In this document: positions 36,228 through 49,453 of the stretch, piece by piece
Position numbering within the stretch: the first letter of the stretch is position 1
How the letters are laid out: every line of letters starts with the position of its first letter
Origin: Leucoraja erinacea
Taxonomy: Eukaryota
DNA: 64,000 nucleotides
NCBI RefSeq assembly: GCF_028641065.1
Contig: NC_073381.1
Span: 56,296,001-56,360,000, forward strand
Direction of reading: 5' to 3'
The notes under the pieces: model-generated
Databases searched by the model: none
Told to the model about the DNA's origin: nothing
The model's input: the letters and a program-made list of their open reading frames with translations, nothing else
Position numbers and translations under genes: made by a program

Positions 36228-39200
36228 ACATAGAAAATAGGTGCAAGAGGAGGCCATTCGGCCCTTCCAGCCAGCACCGCCATTCATTGTGATCATGGCT
36301 GATCGTCCCCTATCAATAAACCGTGCCTGCTTTCTCCCCATATCTCTTGACTCCACTAGCCCCAAGAGCTCTATCTAACTCTCTCTTAAATCCATCCAGT
36401 GACTTGGCCTCCACTGCCCTCTGTGGCAGTGAATTCCCACAAATTCACAACTCTCTGGGTGAAAATGTTTTTCCTCACCTCAGTCTTAAATTACCTCCCC
36501 TTTATTCTAAGTGGCCTGTGGCCCCTGGTTCTGGACTCGCCCTACATTGGGAACATTTTTCCTGCATCTAGCTTGTCCAGTCCTTTTATAATTTTATATG
36601 TTTCTATAAGATCCCCCCCTCATCTTTCTAAACTCCAGTGAATACAAGCCTAGTCTTTTCAATCTTTCCTCATATGACAGTCCCGCCATCCCAGGGATCA
36701 ATCTCGTGAACCTACGCTGCACTGCCTCAATCACAAGGATGTCCTTCCTCAAATTAGGAGACCAATACTGTACACAATACTCCAGATGTGGTCTCACCAG
36801 AGCCCTATACAACTGCAGAAGAACCTCTTTACTCCTATACTGAAATCCTCTTGTTATGAAGGCCAACAGTCCATTAGCTTACTTCACTGCCTGCCAACTT
36901 TCAGTGACTGGTGTACAAGGACGCCCAGGTCTCGCTGCACCTCCCCCATACCTAACCTAACCCCATTGAGATAATAATCTGCCCCCTTGTTTTTTCCGCC
37001 AAAGTGGATAACCTCACATTTATCTATATTATACTGCATCTGCCACACATCTGCCCACTCATTCAACCTGTCCAGGTCATCCTGCAACCTCCTAACATCC
37101 TCTTCACAGTTCACACTGCCACCCAGCTTTGTGTCATCCACAAACTTGCTAGTGTTACTTCTAATTCCCTCTTCCAAATCATTAATATATATGGTAAACA
37201 GTTGCAGCCCCAACATAGTCTGACATAGTCTGAAAATGACCCGTTCACTCCTACTCTTTGCTTCCGGTCTGCCAACCAATTTTATATCCATGTCAACACC
37301 CTACCCCCAATACCATGTGCTCTAATTTTAGTCACCAGTCTCCCATGCGGGACCTTATCAAAGGCTTTCTGAAAGTCTAAATACACTACATCCACTGGCA
37401 CCCCTTCATCCATTTTACTTGTCACATCCTCAAAAAAATCCAGAAGATTAGTCAAGCATGATTTCCCTTTCATAAATCCATGTTGACTTTTTACTGCTAT
37501 CCAAATGCCCCATTATTACATCTTTAAAAATTGACTCCAGCATCTTTCCCACCACCGAAGTCAGGCTAACTGGTCTGTAATTCCCCATTTTCTCTCTCGT
37601 TCCTTTCTTGAAAAGTGGGATAACTTTAGCTATCCTCCAATCCACAGGAACTGATCCTGAATCTATTGAACATTGGAAAATGATCACCAATGCGTCCACT
37701 ATTTCTAGAGCCACTTCCCTGAGGACCCTGGGATGCAGACCATCAGGCCCAGGGGATTTATCATCCTTCTGTCCCATTAGCCTACCCAATACTATTTTTC
37801 GCCTAATGAAAATGTTTTTCAGTTCCTCTACCCCCTTAGATCCTCTGTCCTCCAGTACATCTGGGAGATTGTTTGTGTCTTCCTTAGTGAAGACAGATCC
37901 GAAGTACCTATTCAACTCTTCTGCCATTTCCTTGTTGCCCATAATAATTTCACCCGTGTCTGCCTTCAAGGGACCCACATTTGACTTTGCTACTCTTTTT
38001 CCCTTAACATATCTAAAGAAGCTTTTACTGCCCTTCTTTATATTCCTGGCCAGGTTCCCTTCGTACTTCATCTTTTCAGCCCGTATTGCCCACTTTGTTT
38101 CCTTCTGTTGTCCTATGAAAGTTTCCCAATCCTCTGGCTTCCGGCTACTCTTTGCTGTGTAATACATCTTTTCTTTTAGTTTTATTCTATCCCTAACTCT
38201 TCTTGTCAGCCACAGTTGCCTCCTACTCCCTTTAGAATCTTTCTTCCTTTTTGGAATGAAATGATCCGGCGTCTTCTGGATTATGCCCAGAAATTCCTGC
38301 CATTGCTGTTCTACCGTCATTCCTGCTAGGATCCCTTTCCAGTCTAATTTGGCCAGCTCTCCTCTCATGCTTTCATAGTCCCCCTTTGTTCAACTGCATC
38401 ACAGCCACTTCCGATTTAACGTTCTCCTTCTCAAATTGCAGATTAAAACTAATCGTATTATGATCACTACCACCAAGCGGTTCCTTTACCTCGAGTTCTC
38501 TTATCATATCTGGTTCATTGGACAACACTAAGTCCAGAATTGCCTTTTCTCTGGTCGGCTCCATTACAAGCTGCTGTAAGAATCCATCTCAGAGGCATTC
38601 TACAAACTCTCTTTCTGGGGGTCCTGAATCAACCTGATTTTCCCAGTCTACCTGCATATTGAAATCCCCCATCACCATAGTGGCATTACCTTTGTTACAT
38701 GCCAGTTTTAACTCCTGCTGCAACTTACACCCTACATCCGGGCTACTATTTGGGGGTCTGTAGATAACACCAATTAGTGTCTTCTTACCTTTACAAATCC
38801 TCAACTCAATCCACAGTGACTCTACCTCGTCAGTCCCTATGTCTTCCCTCGCAAGGGACTAAATTCCATCCCTCACCAGCAGAGCTACCCCCCCCCCCCC
38901 CCCCCCCCCCTCCCCCCCCCACCCTCTGCCCACTTGCCTGTCCTTTCTCTGGATGTATGACCCTGAATATTAAGTTCCCAGGCCTGATCCTCCTGCAGCC
39001 ACGTCTCAGTAATCCCCACAATGTCATATCTACCAACCTCTAACTGAGCCTCAAGCTCATCTATTTTACTTCTTATACTTTGCACATTCATATACATTAC
39101 TTTTAATTCCTTACGTATCTCACCTTTCACATTGATCCCATTACACTTGGCCATACACTCCTATCCCTCTGTGAGCTTCCTTTTCCGTTAATTCTGGGGT

Positions 39201-41622
39201 CAATAACCATTCCTTTACTCTCTTTCCCTTTAACTCCATCCTCGACTATCCCATTTGACACCCCACCCCTATTCAGTTTAAAACCACCCGTGTAGCAGTG
39301 GCAAACCTGCCTGCCAGAATGCTGGTTCCCCCACCTGTTAAGATGCAATCCGTCCCTTTTGTACAGTTCCCCCTTACTCCAAAACAGATCCCAGTGATCT
39401 AAGAATCTAAATCCCTGCCCCCTGCACCAGTTCCCCAGCCACACACTCAGGCCCCGTATCTCCCTGTTCCTACTCTCGTCAGCGCAAGGAACTGGAAGCA
39501 AACCAGAGATAACCACCCTGGAGGTCCTGCTTTTCAGCATTTTTCCGAGCTCTCTAAAGTCACGCTGCGGAATATTCATCCCCTTTTTTCCAACATCGTT
39601 TGTGCCGACATGCACTACCACTTCCGGCTGTTCACGTTCACCCTTGAGGATTTTCTGCACTCTGTCGATGACATGGTGGATCCTGGCACCAGGAAGGCAG
39701 CACACCATCCTCGCATCCTGTCTGTTCACGCAGAAACCCCTGTCCGTGCCTCTCATAATGGAGTCTCCAACTACAATGGCATTGCCCGACGTTGGCCTCT
39801 TTGGTTTTGGCTCAACAGCCCTTTTTGCTTCACAAGCCAGTCAGCCGCTCAGTGTGATAACGTCTTCTGTCCCGGCAGCTTCAAAGTGGGTGAACCTGTT
39901 CACAAGAGGTACAACACCCGGGGACGTTTGCATTCCATGTTTCCCTCCATTTCCCACCGTCACTCACCTTCTCTCTTCCAGTACCTTAGGTGTAACAATC
40001 TTCTAACTCTCCTCCCACTCGGGCTAGATATAATCAGTGCTTTTTCCTGCTTCTCTTTGCTGCTGTTTCTTCAAAATCCACAGGAGCTCCGAGTTAAATT
40101 AGCAATGTTACAAGATTTTGAGATTTAAAAAATCAAGTCTGCAATTTATCCCATCAGATAAAGCATAACAACAAGTTTAATTTGACACCAAATCCACTTT
40201 CATATCTCAAGTATTAAAAAAGTTATGGCCATTTTCATACTCGGAAATTAGCATCTTGTTCCCTATTGATTTTCAATGGACATTACAAAAAAGCTGTGAT
40301 CTTGGATAGTCAAAAGCCCGTAACTTTCTTAAGAATTAAGAGAACTGAATGAAATTTTCACCTATCATAGATTGAAGCATTCTGAAAAAATATAAAACAA
40401 TCTTACTTGGATGACATGAAATTAAAGCATATAATTAGCTAATTACCTAATTGTAGCTAATTACAAAATTGACCGATGTGACAGAAATAGTAATAAACAA
40501 CCAGACTGCCTTGAGAATTCAAAAATGTGATATTCTCAAGATCAGAACTTTAATATTATTGTATAATATGCTGTCAGTTATGGATAGGTAAATAAATTAC
40601 AATTTCTAGCAAAAGACCAAGTCTTTATGGAGAAGATCAGCTGCTAGCTGGTACATTGGCATATCATAATCAGTAGCATCATCATACTCCTCAGACTGCA
40701 ACCAATAAGCAACTCTGTACACGTTGTTTTTTCTCAATTTTAGAAAAAAAGGTAGAGATTATAAAGTTAAACGCTAAAACAAATAGTAAATACTAAAAAA
40801 GAAAATCATGTTTAATCAAAATTCAATCACTAGATATAAACATCTATCCATTTCTTAAATAGCCTAAGTGTCCAAAGATTATTCACAAATAATTCACAAT
40901 ATAACATGATTTTTATATCTAATTTACATTAATTTATAGGCCAAATGGAAGGAATTTAGTGTTCAATTGCTGTAAATAATTGCCTATTTAAATCGGCTTT
41001 CTAGTGGGTTCCTGTGAACGCGCTGGTTTAGAACGTTCACATCGCGCTGGATTTGTGCCCTCAAATGCCGAGAAAAATACTGCGAGATATAAAAAGCCCA
41101 AAATGAGCTACTCGCTATAGAAAACTTTATAAACAGGGTTATATACACGCCCCATTTAATGTAAAAATAAGGTACATACCTTTAATTGTTTGCTTTATAA
41201 AACCCTGGGGCTGCGAGAGGTTGCGGTGTGAGAGAGTGATTTTAAAACTATTATAACTATTATTCGAGGCCTATAAAACTAATAATACCTTTTGCGACCG
41301 GGTCTTGCAGCGATTGTCCGTTAATGATTTACTAGGCTGAACATCTGAGATTAGAACAGCCTAGTAAAAATCGCGATTTAAACCCGCCCCCTCCAAACAG
41401 CGCCAAAATCGTGGACATGGCTTTGGGCTGATTCCCAATGACGATTCAGGTAGGTTTTGTAACATACCTAGTTAAATCTGCCTGTGAAATACCTCTCTTT
41501 TTAAACGGTTTTCCCCCCTCCGACTCACTTCTAACTCTCCTCCCACTCTGGCTAGAGCCAATCAGTGCTTTGTCCTGCTTCTCTTTGCTGCTTTTTCTTC
41601 AAAATTCACGGGAGCTTTGAGT
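36228..41622 (-). mobile_element. Near full-length CR1 LINE (5' repeats, partial ORF1 esterase, ORF2 endonuclease plus RT, 3' tail), with frameshifts and deletions
   Basis: ORF1 39127..39756 (VHVGTNDVG, ISGLLP, RDGLHLN). APE motifs: YMNVQSI, GITETW, VIYRPP, MGDFN, LDLVL, SDHN. RT motifs: KSPGPDG, NYRPVSLTS, YLDFQKAFDKV, FVDDTKLGG. Confidence 0.92.
40100..41470. mobile_element. Non-autonomous DNA transposon, hAT-like, 1371 bp
   Basis: Imperfect TIRs TAGCAATGTTACAAGATTT and (reverse complement) TAGGTATGTTACAAAACCT. GTTAAAT is duplicated at 40093-40099 and 41471-41477. There is no transposase ORF. Confidence 0.75.
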
Positions 41623-41789
41623 CTCTATTAAATTTCCTTTTCTAACCATATAGCTATATTCTCTAGTGTTGGCCATTTCCACCCTGGGAAAAGGGTTCTG
41701 ACCGTTTACCCTACCTACACCTCTCATAATTTTATATATGTGCGCAGATTCCCCATCCATATGCAAACTAATTCCTGCACATCCCACGA

Positions 41790-41840
41790 CATAGACAGAC
41801 AGACAGAGACAGACAGACACAGACAGAGTCAGACAGACAC
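41790..41840 (+). repeat. (AGAC)n microsatellite
   Basis: atagacagacagacagagacagacagacacagacagagtcagacagacac. Confidence 0.85.
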
Positions 41841-41989
41841 TTGATTCAGTACAGTTTTCCTTAATTTCTGCATGTGAGGAAAATACAATTCCACTTTCTC
41901 AACTATAAATATTGACTTAACTCATTCGATCTGCGATTCCTTATATCCATAAAGAGACAGACTGTTAATTCTTTATTTCGATAATGAAA

Positions 41990-44002
41990 GGAGCAAGTCA
42001 GATGGACAGGATGGTGAAGAAGCATTTGGCAAGCTTTCATTTATTTGGAAAGGTATCGAGTCAAAAGTTGTGATATCATGATGCAGTTGTACAAGTGATT
42101 GAATATACCATACATGCAGTTCTGGTCACCCAGCTATAGGAAGGATGTCATTAAGTTGTACAACATACAGCATTTTAGTACATCAGTTCTATATACAAAG
42201 TTCAACTTTCACAATGGGGTAGAGCCAATTCGAACAATACCCTAGATTGTTCAAAGATCATTCAGAAGACTAGTAAGAGAGTAGAAGAAGTTGTTTCTGG
42301 GTCTGTTGGCATATGCTTTCAAGCTTCTGTATCTTCTGCCGGATAGGAGCAAGGAGATGAAGGAATGGCATGCCCAGGGATCAACGCCGGGCCCATTGCT
42401 GTTGGACATCTATAGGAACAACTTGGATGAGAATGTATTGTACATAGCATGGTAAGTAAGTTTGCAGATGATAGTAAAATAGGAGGTGTCAGTCAGTGAA
42501 GAAGGTTGTCAAAAATTACAGCAGCATCTTGATCAGCTTGGTAAACGGGCCGAGAAATGGAAACTGGTATTCAATTCTGATGAGTGTAAGGTATTGGAGG
42601 TTGCGAGGGACACTAGGGAGGGTTGTACATTAGAGAGACATCGTGGTTTGGGGGTATTAAGTTTTACACAACATTGGTGAGGTTGCACTGGATTTGGACG
42701 TGGATAAGTTTTGCAATAATGTTCTATTCTTGCACAGTCTTTTACTTTTTCAGTATTGTATACAGCTTTGGTTACCTTGTTCCAGTAAAGTTGCCATTAA
42801 GCTGGAAAGAGTTCAAAGAAGATTAATGAGAATGTTGGCCAGGCTAGTACTTTATTTTTTGGAGCATATGGGACTGAAGTGTATAAAATCATGAGGGGCA
42901 TTGATATGGTGAATGCAAGTGGTCTTTTTCCCAGGGACAGGGAGTCAAAAAACTAGAGGGCGTAGGTTTAAGGTGAGTGGTTTAAGGTGAGTGGAGAAAG
43001 ACCTAAAATTGACTTTTTACACGGAAGTTGGTGGCTACACAGAACAAGCTGCCACAGAAAGTGGTTGAAACCGGTACAATAACAATATTTGAAAGATATA
43101 TAGGCAGGTACAAAGATAGAAAAGGCTTTGAAGGACATGCGTCAAACACGAGAAAACAGAACTAGCTTAGATGGGCATTTTAGTCAGCCTGAATGTTGAA
43201 GGATCTATTTCAATGCTGTATTACTCTGATTTTATGACATGTTATGGGGAGAGTTTCACCTTGCAGTGAATGTTTCATTCTGCTCTACTCATCATTTGCT
43301 TTTGGCAATTCCCAATCCCACTTGCAATAGAGTTTTTTGTTTTGCCCTTAAAGATTTCCGACATCCTTCTTTGAAACCACTCGTGTCTAGCCAAGGTTAC
43401 AGCAGAATATAGATCAGTTACAGAAATGGATGGAAAAAATGGAAGAAGAGGTATTATTCATTCAATCTGGAGAAGTGTGAAGTGTTGCATCTTGGCAGAC
43501 CCCATGTAAGGGGAATGTACATCGTTAATGGCAAGATCTTTAACAGCACTGATATAAAGAGAAATCTCTGAAAGTAACAACACAAGTAGATAGAGTGGTA
43601 AAGATATGCCTGCTTTCATTGGTTTGGGTAATCATGTTGCAGCTTTTTATAACTTTGGTCATGTAACATTTAGAGTATTGTGTGCAGTTCTGGTTGCATC
43701 ATCACTGGAAGGATATGGAGGCTTTGGTGGGGCACAGAAAAGTTTCCCCAGGGTGCAGTATTGATTTTGGGGAACTAGCCTTAAGGAGAAATTGGACAAA
43801 GCTGGATTGTTTTCTCTGGAGTGTCGGAGACTGAGGGGGAGACTGGACACAAGCTTATAAAATTGTGAGAACCATTGATAGGATAGACAATCTGAACCTT
43901 TTTAGATCACGTCCAGAGAGGAGATTAGTTTAACTTGGCATCTTGTTCGGCACGGACATCGTGGGTCAAAGCGCCTGTTCCTGTGTTCTACCTATGTTCT
44001 AT
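41990..44002 (+). mobile_element. Cluster of old CR1 3' fragments, with a small minus-strand Rex-like piece at about 42170-42370
   Basis: Relics of KFADDSKIGG, CQKLQQHLDQLGKRAEKW, KLERVQRRLMRML and VQFW. Confidence 0.75.
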
Positions 44003-44544
44003 GAAGCAATTAATGTTTAAAGCTACAACAATCAATGTTGTTCCAATGGGCTTTAGGAACAGAGCTAAGCATTTCTTTGCTGCCAGGTAACCGTAACAGC
44101 CAGCTGTCCAGACATCAGAGTCCACAAAGATGATGAAACTGTTACTTGCTTCAAATGCAAGAGCAAAGAGCAGATGGATTCTGCAATGTACAAGCTAAAC
44201 CACATGATGTATCACTCTTTTGTTATGTATTTTTACCTCAAAACTGCCAGAGGCACAAATGTTCCAGCAGCAGTCTCAAGACTATTTAACATTCCTTCTG
44301 ATTTTTATTTGTGGAGACCACAGAAGAAACATCAAACGAGTTGTCGATTGACTGATGGTTAATGAACACTTGCACACTAAATCAAATGTCCTTGTACTTT
44401 TTGTTTGGGGAATCTAAAAGCAATTCATTCTCATCATCATATGCATTCAGCATGTATGACAGGAAGATGAAATGGTCTTACCAGTGACTGCAGAGAACAT
44501 AAAAAAACATCCACAAACCTGCTCCCTTCCATAATTCAAGATGT

Positions 44545-44765
44545 ACTCCAGCTTTTTGTGTCTCTCAGTGGGTCAGACAGCATCTCTGGAGAAAATGAAT
44601 AGGTGACTTTTCAAATTGAGACCCTTCCGAAGAGTCTGAAGAAGGGTCTCGACCTGAAACATCAACTATTCCTTTTCTCCAGAGATGCTGTCTGACCCGC
44701 TCAGTTACTCCAACTTTTTGTGTCTATCTTCAGTTTAAACCAGCATCTGCAGTTCCTTCCTACAC
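44545..44765. mobile_element. Penelope-derived fold-back unit
   Basis: Inverted arms around gagacccttccgaagagtctgaagaagggtctcgacctgaaacatc. Confidence 0.75.
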
Positions 44766-45149
44766 CTTCCATAATTCAATTGAATTTGTGGTGGCCTTGC
44801 TGGAGCCCTTTAACTATGATCCCTCACCCAATTTTATTTAATCTCTACTAATTGAAAATCTGTTTTTGAGATTTTAAACTGGTATCTATTTTTAAAAATA
44901 CGAGCTCATATATATAATTAAATCTTTCTGAATACTGAGTTCTGAATAAAACAGTTATTTTAAAGTGTTTTAATGATCACTCATCACATAGTTTGCAGTT
45001 TTTAAATGGATGATGTGTTTGTCGGGTAGTGTTGGGGTAAGGTTGAAACGTACAGCTTGAGGATGTTATGAACTGTACTATTCAAGTTCTGACTGCCTAT
45101 AATTCATTCAATAAAGTTGCTCCAGAGCCTGACTCCAGAATGAGCTAAT

Positions 45150-46330
45150 CTAGCATCTCAGCACCTCCTCTGTTGGGATAACTGGATGACTCATGAGGCT
45201 CCATTCATTCTTCAGTGCATTCCCTAACCTTGAAATCTGTGAAAGTGGCCAAGGAGTGCTTCTGCTCTGGCCTTGGGAAACCACTAGCCTGCATCCTACA
45301 GGAAGTCCTGGACTAATGCAGTTAATCTCTTGATGCAGAGATAACCTCAGGACCTCATGCCAATACTCCTGGCCCAACCTCATATGACAAGAAGTAAACA
45401 AAGCCATAAATCAATTGATAAACAACAAAGTGGTATCCTTCTTGAACTCTGAAACGCATTGGAGAGGAACTCAATGACAAATTCACAACCTTGTTTCCCC
45501 ACATCTGAAATGCTGCTGACCTTCAAAAAAGAAGATACGTCCAATCGTGTTAACGCTAGAGGTTAACACAATCAAAGTTATTGCCAGGACCTTCCTTAGC
45601 TGCTTTGTCCGAAAGGCCGAAGAGCTACTCCCACTATCTGTCCATTTGGAAGCATAGCGGACATAATCGTAACCATAGCAGAAGGGAAAACCAGGCAGCA
45701 ATTTCAACCAAAGGTAGACACAAAATTCTGGAGTAACTCAGCAGGACAGGCAGCATCTCGGGAGAGAAGGAATGGGTGATGTTTCTGGTCTCAACCCGAA
45801 ATGTCACCCATTCCTTCTCTCCAGAGATGTTGCCTGTGCCGCTGAGTTACTCCAGCACTTTGTGTCTACCTTCGATTTAAACCAGCATCTGCATTTATTT
45901 CTTACAGCCATTTCAACCACTGAACATGACCTTTTGACTTCACGAATGCCTTTGACTCCATCAATTGAGAGGGATTGTGGAGTATCCTTCTGGAATCTGT
46001 TTGCCCACAGAAAATTATCTCCATTTCATGGTGACCATGGAGATCACCATTGCCTTCAATGCACCAGTGCAGCCTCGTTTGGCAAACTGAGGAAAAGTGT
46101 TTGAAGATCAAAGCCTCAAATTTAACAACATGGGAATCCCTGAACCAGGAGTGATGAAAATGAAAGGTCTTTGAGAATTGTGAGCCTCTTCGTCAAAATA
46201 GTGGGAGGAGCGCACAACCTCGCTAACTACCCACCTGTCCACCTCGTCAAGTAACTCCTTCCCCACCTGTGGCAGAGCATGCAGATCCTCATCTGCCTCA
46301 GCAGCAGCTCAGGCCACATGGTAAAGGTGC
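45150..46330 (+). mobile_element. Very old RTE-clade LINE relic
   Basis: The fragments LKRIGEEL, KVIARTFLSCFVRKAEELLP and GLWSILLESVCPQKIISI occur in the order expected for an RTE RT (LKxGGEEL, KxxARILLNRL..AEELLPES, GLWxxLxKxGCP). Confidence 0.55.
45710..45905. mobile_element. Penelope-derived collapsed palindrome (two arms fused through hammerhead stem II)
   Basis: ...gagagaaggaatgggtgatgtttctggtctcaacccgaaatgtcacccattccttctctcc..., with inverted arms of about 75 bp. Confidence 0.8.
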
Positions 46331-46992
46331 TGCCTCAGCATACCGAGTGCTTCCAGCATTTGCTGCTTTTATTTATAATTCCCAGTGTCCACAGACTACT
46401 TGATACCTGATGAACTGGAACGGCAACAATGCATCTGCAACCACAGGAGGCAGTTAAGGTACAAGCAGAGCAAATGCAGGATATTTTATGTTGGACAATC
46501 CCATATTGCAGAAGGTTTTTTCTGGGTGCAGGGGGGAGGGGGTTGTTAATATAGGGGTAATGCAGGAACGCCTTCTGAGAACAATTAAATCTATTGAAGC
46601 AGCATGCCTGATAAGGTGAATATATTTACAAAGTATATACGAGATAAAGGCATGTATGAGATGCATTCTGATTAGAATCTAAAACCTGTAGAATAACACC
46701 ATGCCAATCCACCCTAGTCAACACACACAAAACAGTCAATTTTACCTTTGAGTATCTTTGAGACATTATACCAATATAGTTATACCAATTATACCAATAT
46801 ACCAATGAGTTGTATAGCACAGAAACAGACCCTTTTGCCTAACTTGGAACTGCTTGCATTGTACTTGGGACTTTGGGCTTTGTTTTGTTTTTGCACTATA
46901 TTGGGTTTTTTATTTATTGAACTTTTTATTCATTTTATTATATTATCTATTGAGTACCGTGTTTACAACCTGTTGTGCTGCTGTTGCAAGTA

Positions 46993-47220
46993 ACATAGAA
47001 AATAGGTGCAGGAGTAGGCTATTCGGCCCTTCGAGCCTGCACCGCCATTCAATATAATCATGGCTGATCATCCAACTCAGTATCCCGTACCTGCCCTCTC
47101 TCCATACCCCCTGATCCCTCTAGCCACAAGGGCCACATCTAACTCCCTCTTAAATATAGCCAATGAACTGGCCTCAACTACCTTCTGTGGCAGAGAATTC
47201 CAGAGATTCACCACTCTCTG
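46993..47220 (-). mobile_element. Young CR1 3' tail, nearly identical to 15810-16035
   Basis: Encodes QRVVNLWNSLPQKVVEASSLAIFKRELDVALVARGIRGYGERAGTGY. Confidence 0.88.
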
Positions 47221-47968
47221 CATAAGAATGTTACTGGTTCTGTTTCTGGACATATCAAAAAACACTCATGACTCTGGACTTGTCCATGCTGACCTTGATG
47301 CCTGTCTATGCTAATCCCATTTGACCGCCTTAGGCCTGTTGCCATCTACTCCTTTTCTATCCAAGTATCTGTCCAAATCCCTTCTAAATGCTGTGATTGT
47401 ACCTCTATTATTTCCTCTAACAGGGCATTTGATATACCCACCTATGTGGAAGGTAGATAAAATTGCTGGAGTAACTCAGGCAGTTCCTTCTTAAACATCC
47501 TCTATGTGGAAATCCTTGCCCCTCAGGTCTCTTTTAAATTTCTTCCCTCACATTAAATGTTTGCTCTCTATTTCTAGTAATGTAAATTACTTTCAAAATC
47601 TGGTTCTCCTCATCTTCCAACCATCCCGGTAAATTAGGTTGGGTAATGAAATTTAGAATGCCGGTTAGGTAAACGGGAGCCCGTCAGTACTTTAAAAAAA
47701 AGTGTTGAGTTTCAGTGAGAGATTGTTCATTATAGAAACATAGAAAATAGGTGCAGGAGTAGGCCATTCGGCCCTTCAAGCCAGCACTGCCATTCAATAT
47801 AATCATGGCTGGTCATCCAAAATCAAGTCAAGTCGGGTTTATTTGTCACATACACATACGAGATGTGCAGTGAAATGAAAGTGGCAATGCCTGCGGATTG
47901 TGCAAAAAACAGAATCAGTAATTACATATTAGGAAAAAAACAGCAATTTAAAAAAAAGACACAACACG

Positions 47969-49453
47969 TACAGGATGGAGGTGGAGCCGCTCACAGGATG
48001 GTGCAAATCCCACAACCTCATTCTCAACGTGGGAAAAACTAAGGAGATGGTGGTTGACTTCAGGAAGGCGGGAAAACAACACCATACACCTCTGCACATC
48101 GATGGAGCTGATGTGGAAAGGGTCAGCAGCGTGAAGTTCCTAGGACTCCACCTGTCAGATGACCTGACGTCCACGACCAACACCACAGCACTGGTCAAGA
48201 GAGCCCAGCAGCGACTACACCCTCTCCGAAGACTACGGAAAGCAGGTCTCCCCACTACACACCTACAAATATTTTATAGGGGGACAATCGAGAGCACATT
48301 AACCTACGGCATCACTTCCTGGTTCGGGAGCTGCAAGGTATACGAACGGCACCAACTAGACAGGATTGTGAAGACCTGTAACGGGTATAGCTTGGACCCA
48401 ATAGCAGCACAGAATCAGGCAGGTATAATTGGTAATGAACCTTATTACGATACTGTAACACAGAGTAGTAACACAGGAATGGGTACACCGTACTCACACA
48501 GAGGCTCAGGATTGAGCAAGGGTTCCAAAGAGGGGCAGGCAGGAGATGTAGTCGGGGTAGCGGAAGGTCCGGTAACCAGGAGATCCAACACACGATGCAA
48601 ACAAACCAGCGAGGGACAGATGAACGGAGAGTCGAAGCCAGGCAGGTAGTCGAGGAGCCATTGCAGGGATACACCAAACAGCCCAGGAGAGAGAGACAGA
48701 AACAATCTGGGACACTGTGTGCTCTCCGTGAAGACGACAGGACGGAGTCTCATATACCAGGTTAATAGGTGAAATCAGAGGCAAATGCTGAGTGCAACTA
48801 GGTGTGAGGAGAGAGTCTTTAGGGCTGATGCGAGAGGGGAGTGCAGGGTGAGGAGAGTTAGGCTGATGAGAGGTGAGTGGCAGGCAGGCAGGTGAGGAGA
48901 AGGAGGGACCGGTGGAAAAGTACTGGGAGGTGAAGTGGATGAGAATGAGGAGAGGGCAGACTGTGACAAGCCCGCCAGCAGAATTATTGGTGCTCCACTC
49001 CCTTTCCTGCTGGACATATACAGGAAGAGATGTATCAGCAGAGCCATCTCCATCATCAAAGACCCCTACCACCCATCGTATCACATATTCTCCATCCTGC
49101 CATCTGGGAAGAGGTACAGGAGCATTAGCTGCAAAACCAGCAGGATGCTCCTCAGCTTCTTCCCGCAGGCTATAAGACTGATAAACGGACTTTGCCCCCT
49201 GCCAAAGTATCGCGCACAAACCACCAACCTGGACACACTGCAGCAGAGCCACTGTCGTGCCGCTGCCGATCGGAACGCCTGTTGATGTTTAGTAGAGAGT
49301 AGAGTGTTTAATTTGTTCATGATATATGTATTTTTATTTCTATTTATTTTTCACTGCACACTGAATGGACACTGGTTGAGCAACGTTTTTTTGTTTCCTC
49401 TGGGTATGCGAGTACTCAGGAAAATGACAATAAAGATATACTACTATACTATA
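47969..49453 (+). mobile_element. Rex1/Babar-type LINE 3' part (different subfamily), split by a solo LTR
   Basis: Encodes WCKSHNLILNVGKTKEMVVDFRK, KFLGLHLSDDL, FYRGTIESTLTYGITSWFG...IVKT | ASRIIG...LPSGKRYRSI. The tail is gacaataaagatatactactatac. Confidence 0.88.
48377..48968. mobile_element. Solo LTR (592 bp)
   Basis: TGTAAC...GTGACA termini flanked by AGACC/AGCCC (5-bp TSD, one mismatch). Excision restores the LINE reading VKT-ASRIIG. Confidence 0.85.

Noticed and set aside
45449-45508. BH3-like peptide LKRIGEELNDKF resembling BAX
   Set aside because: It is bounded by stop codons with no splice acceptor, and it sits in register with other RTE reverse-transcriptase relics (LKxGGEEL motif).
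47975-48649. 224-aa LINE/novel-domain fusion ORF
   Set aside because: It is chance read-through from the Rex1 frame into the inserted solo LTR.
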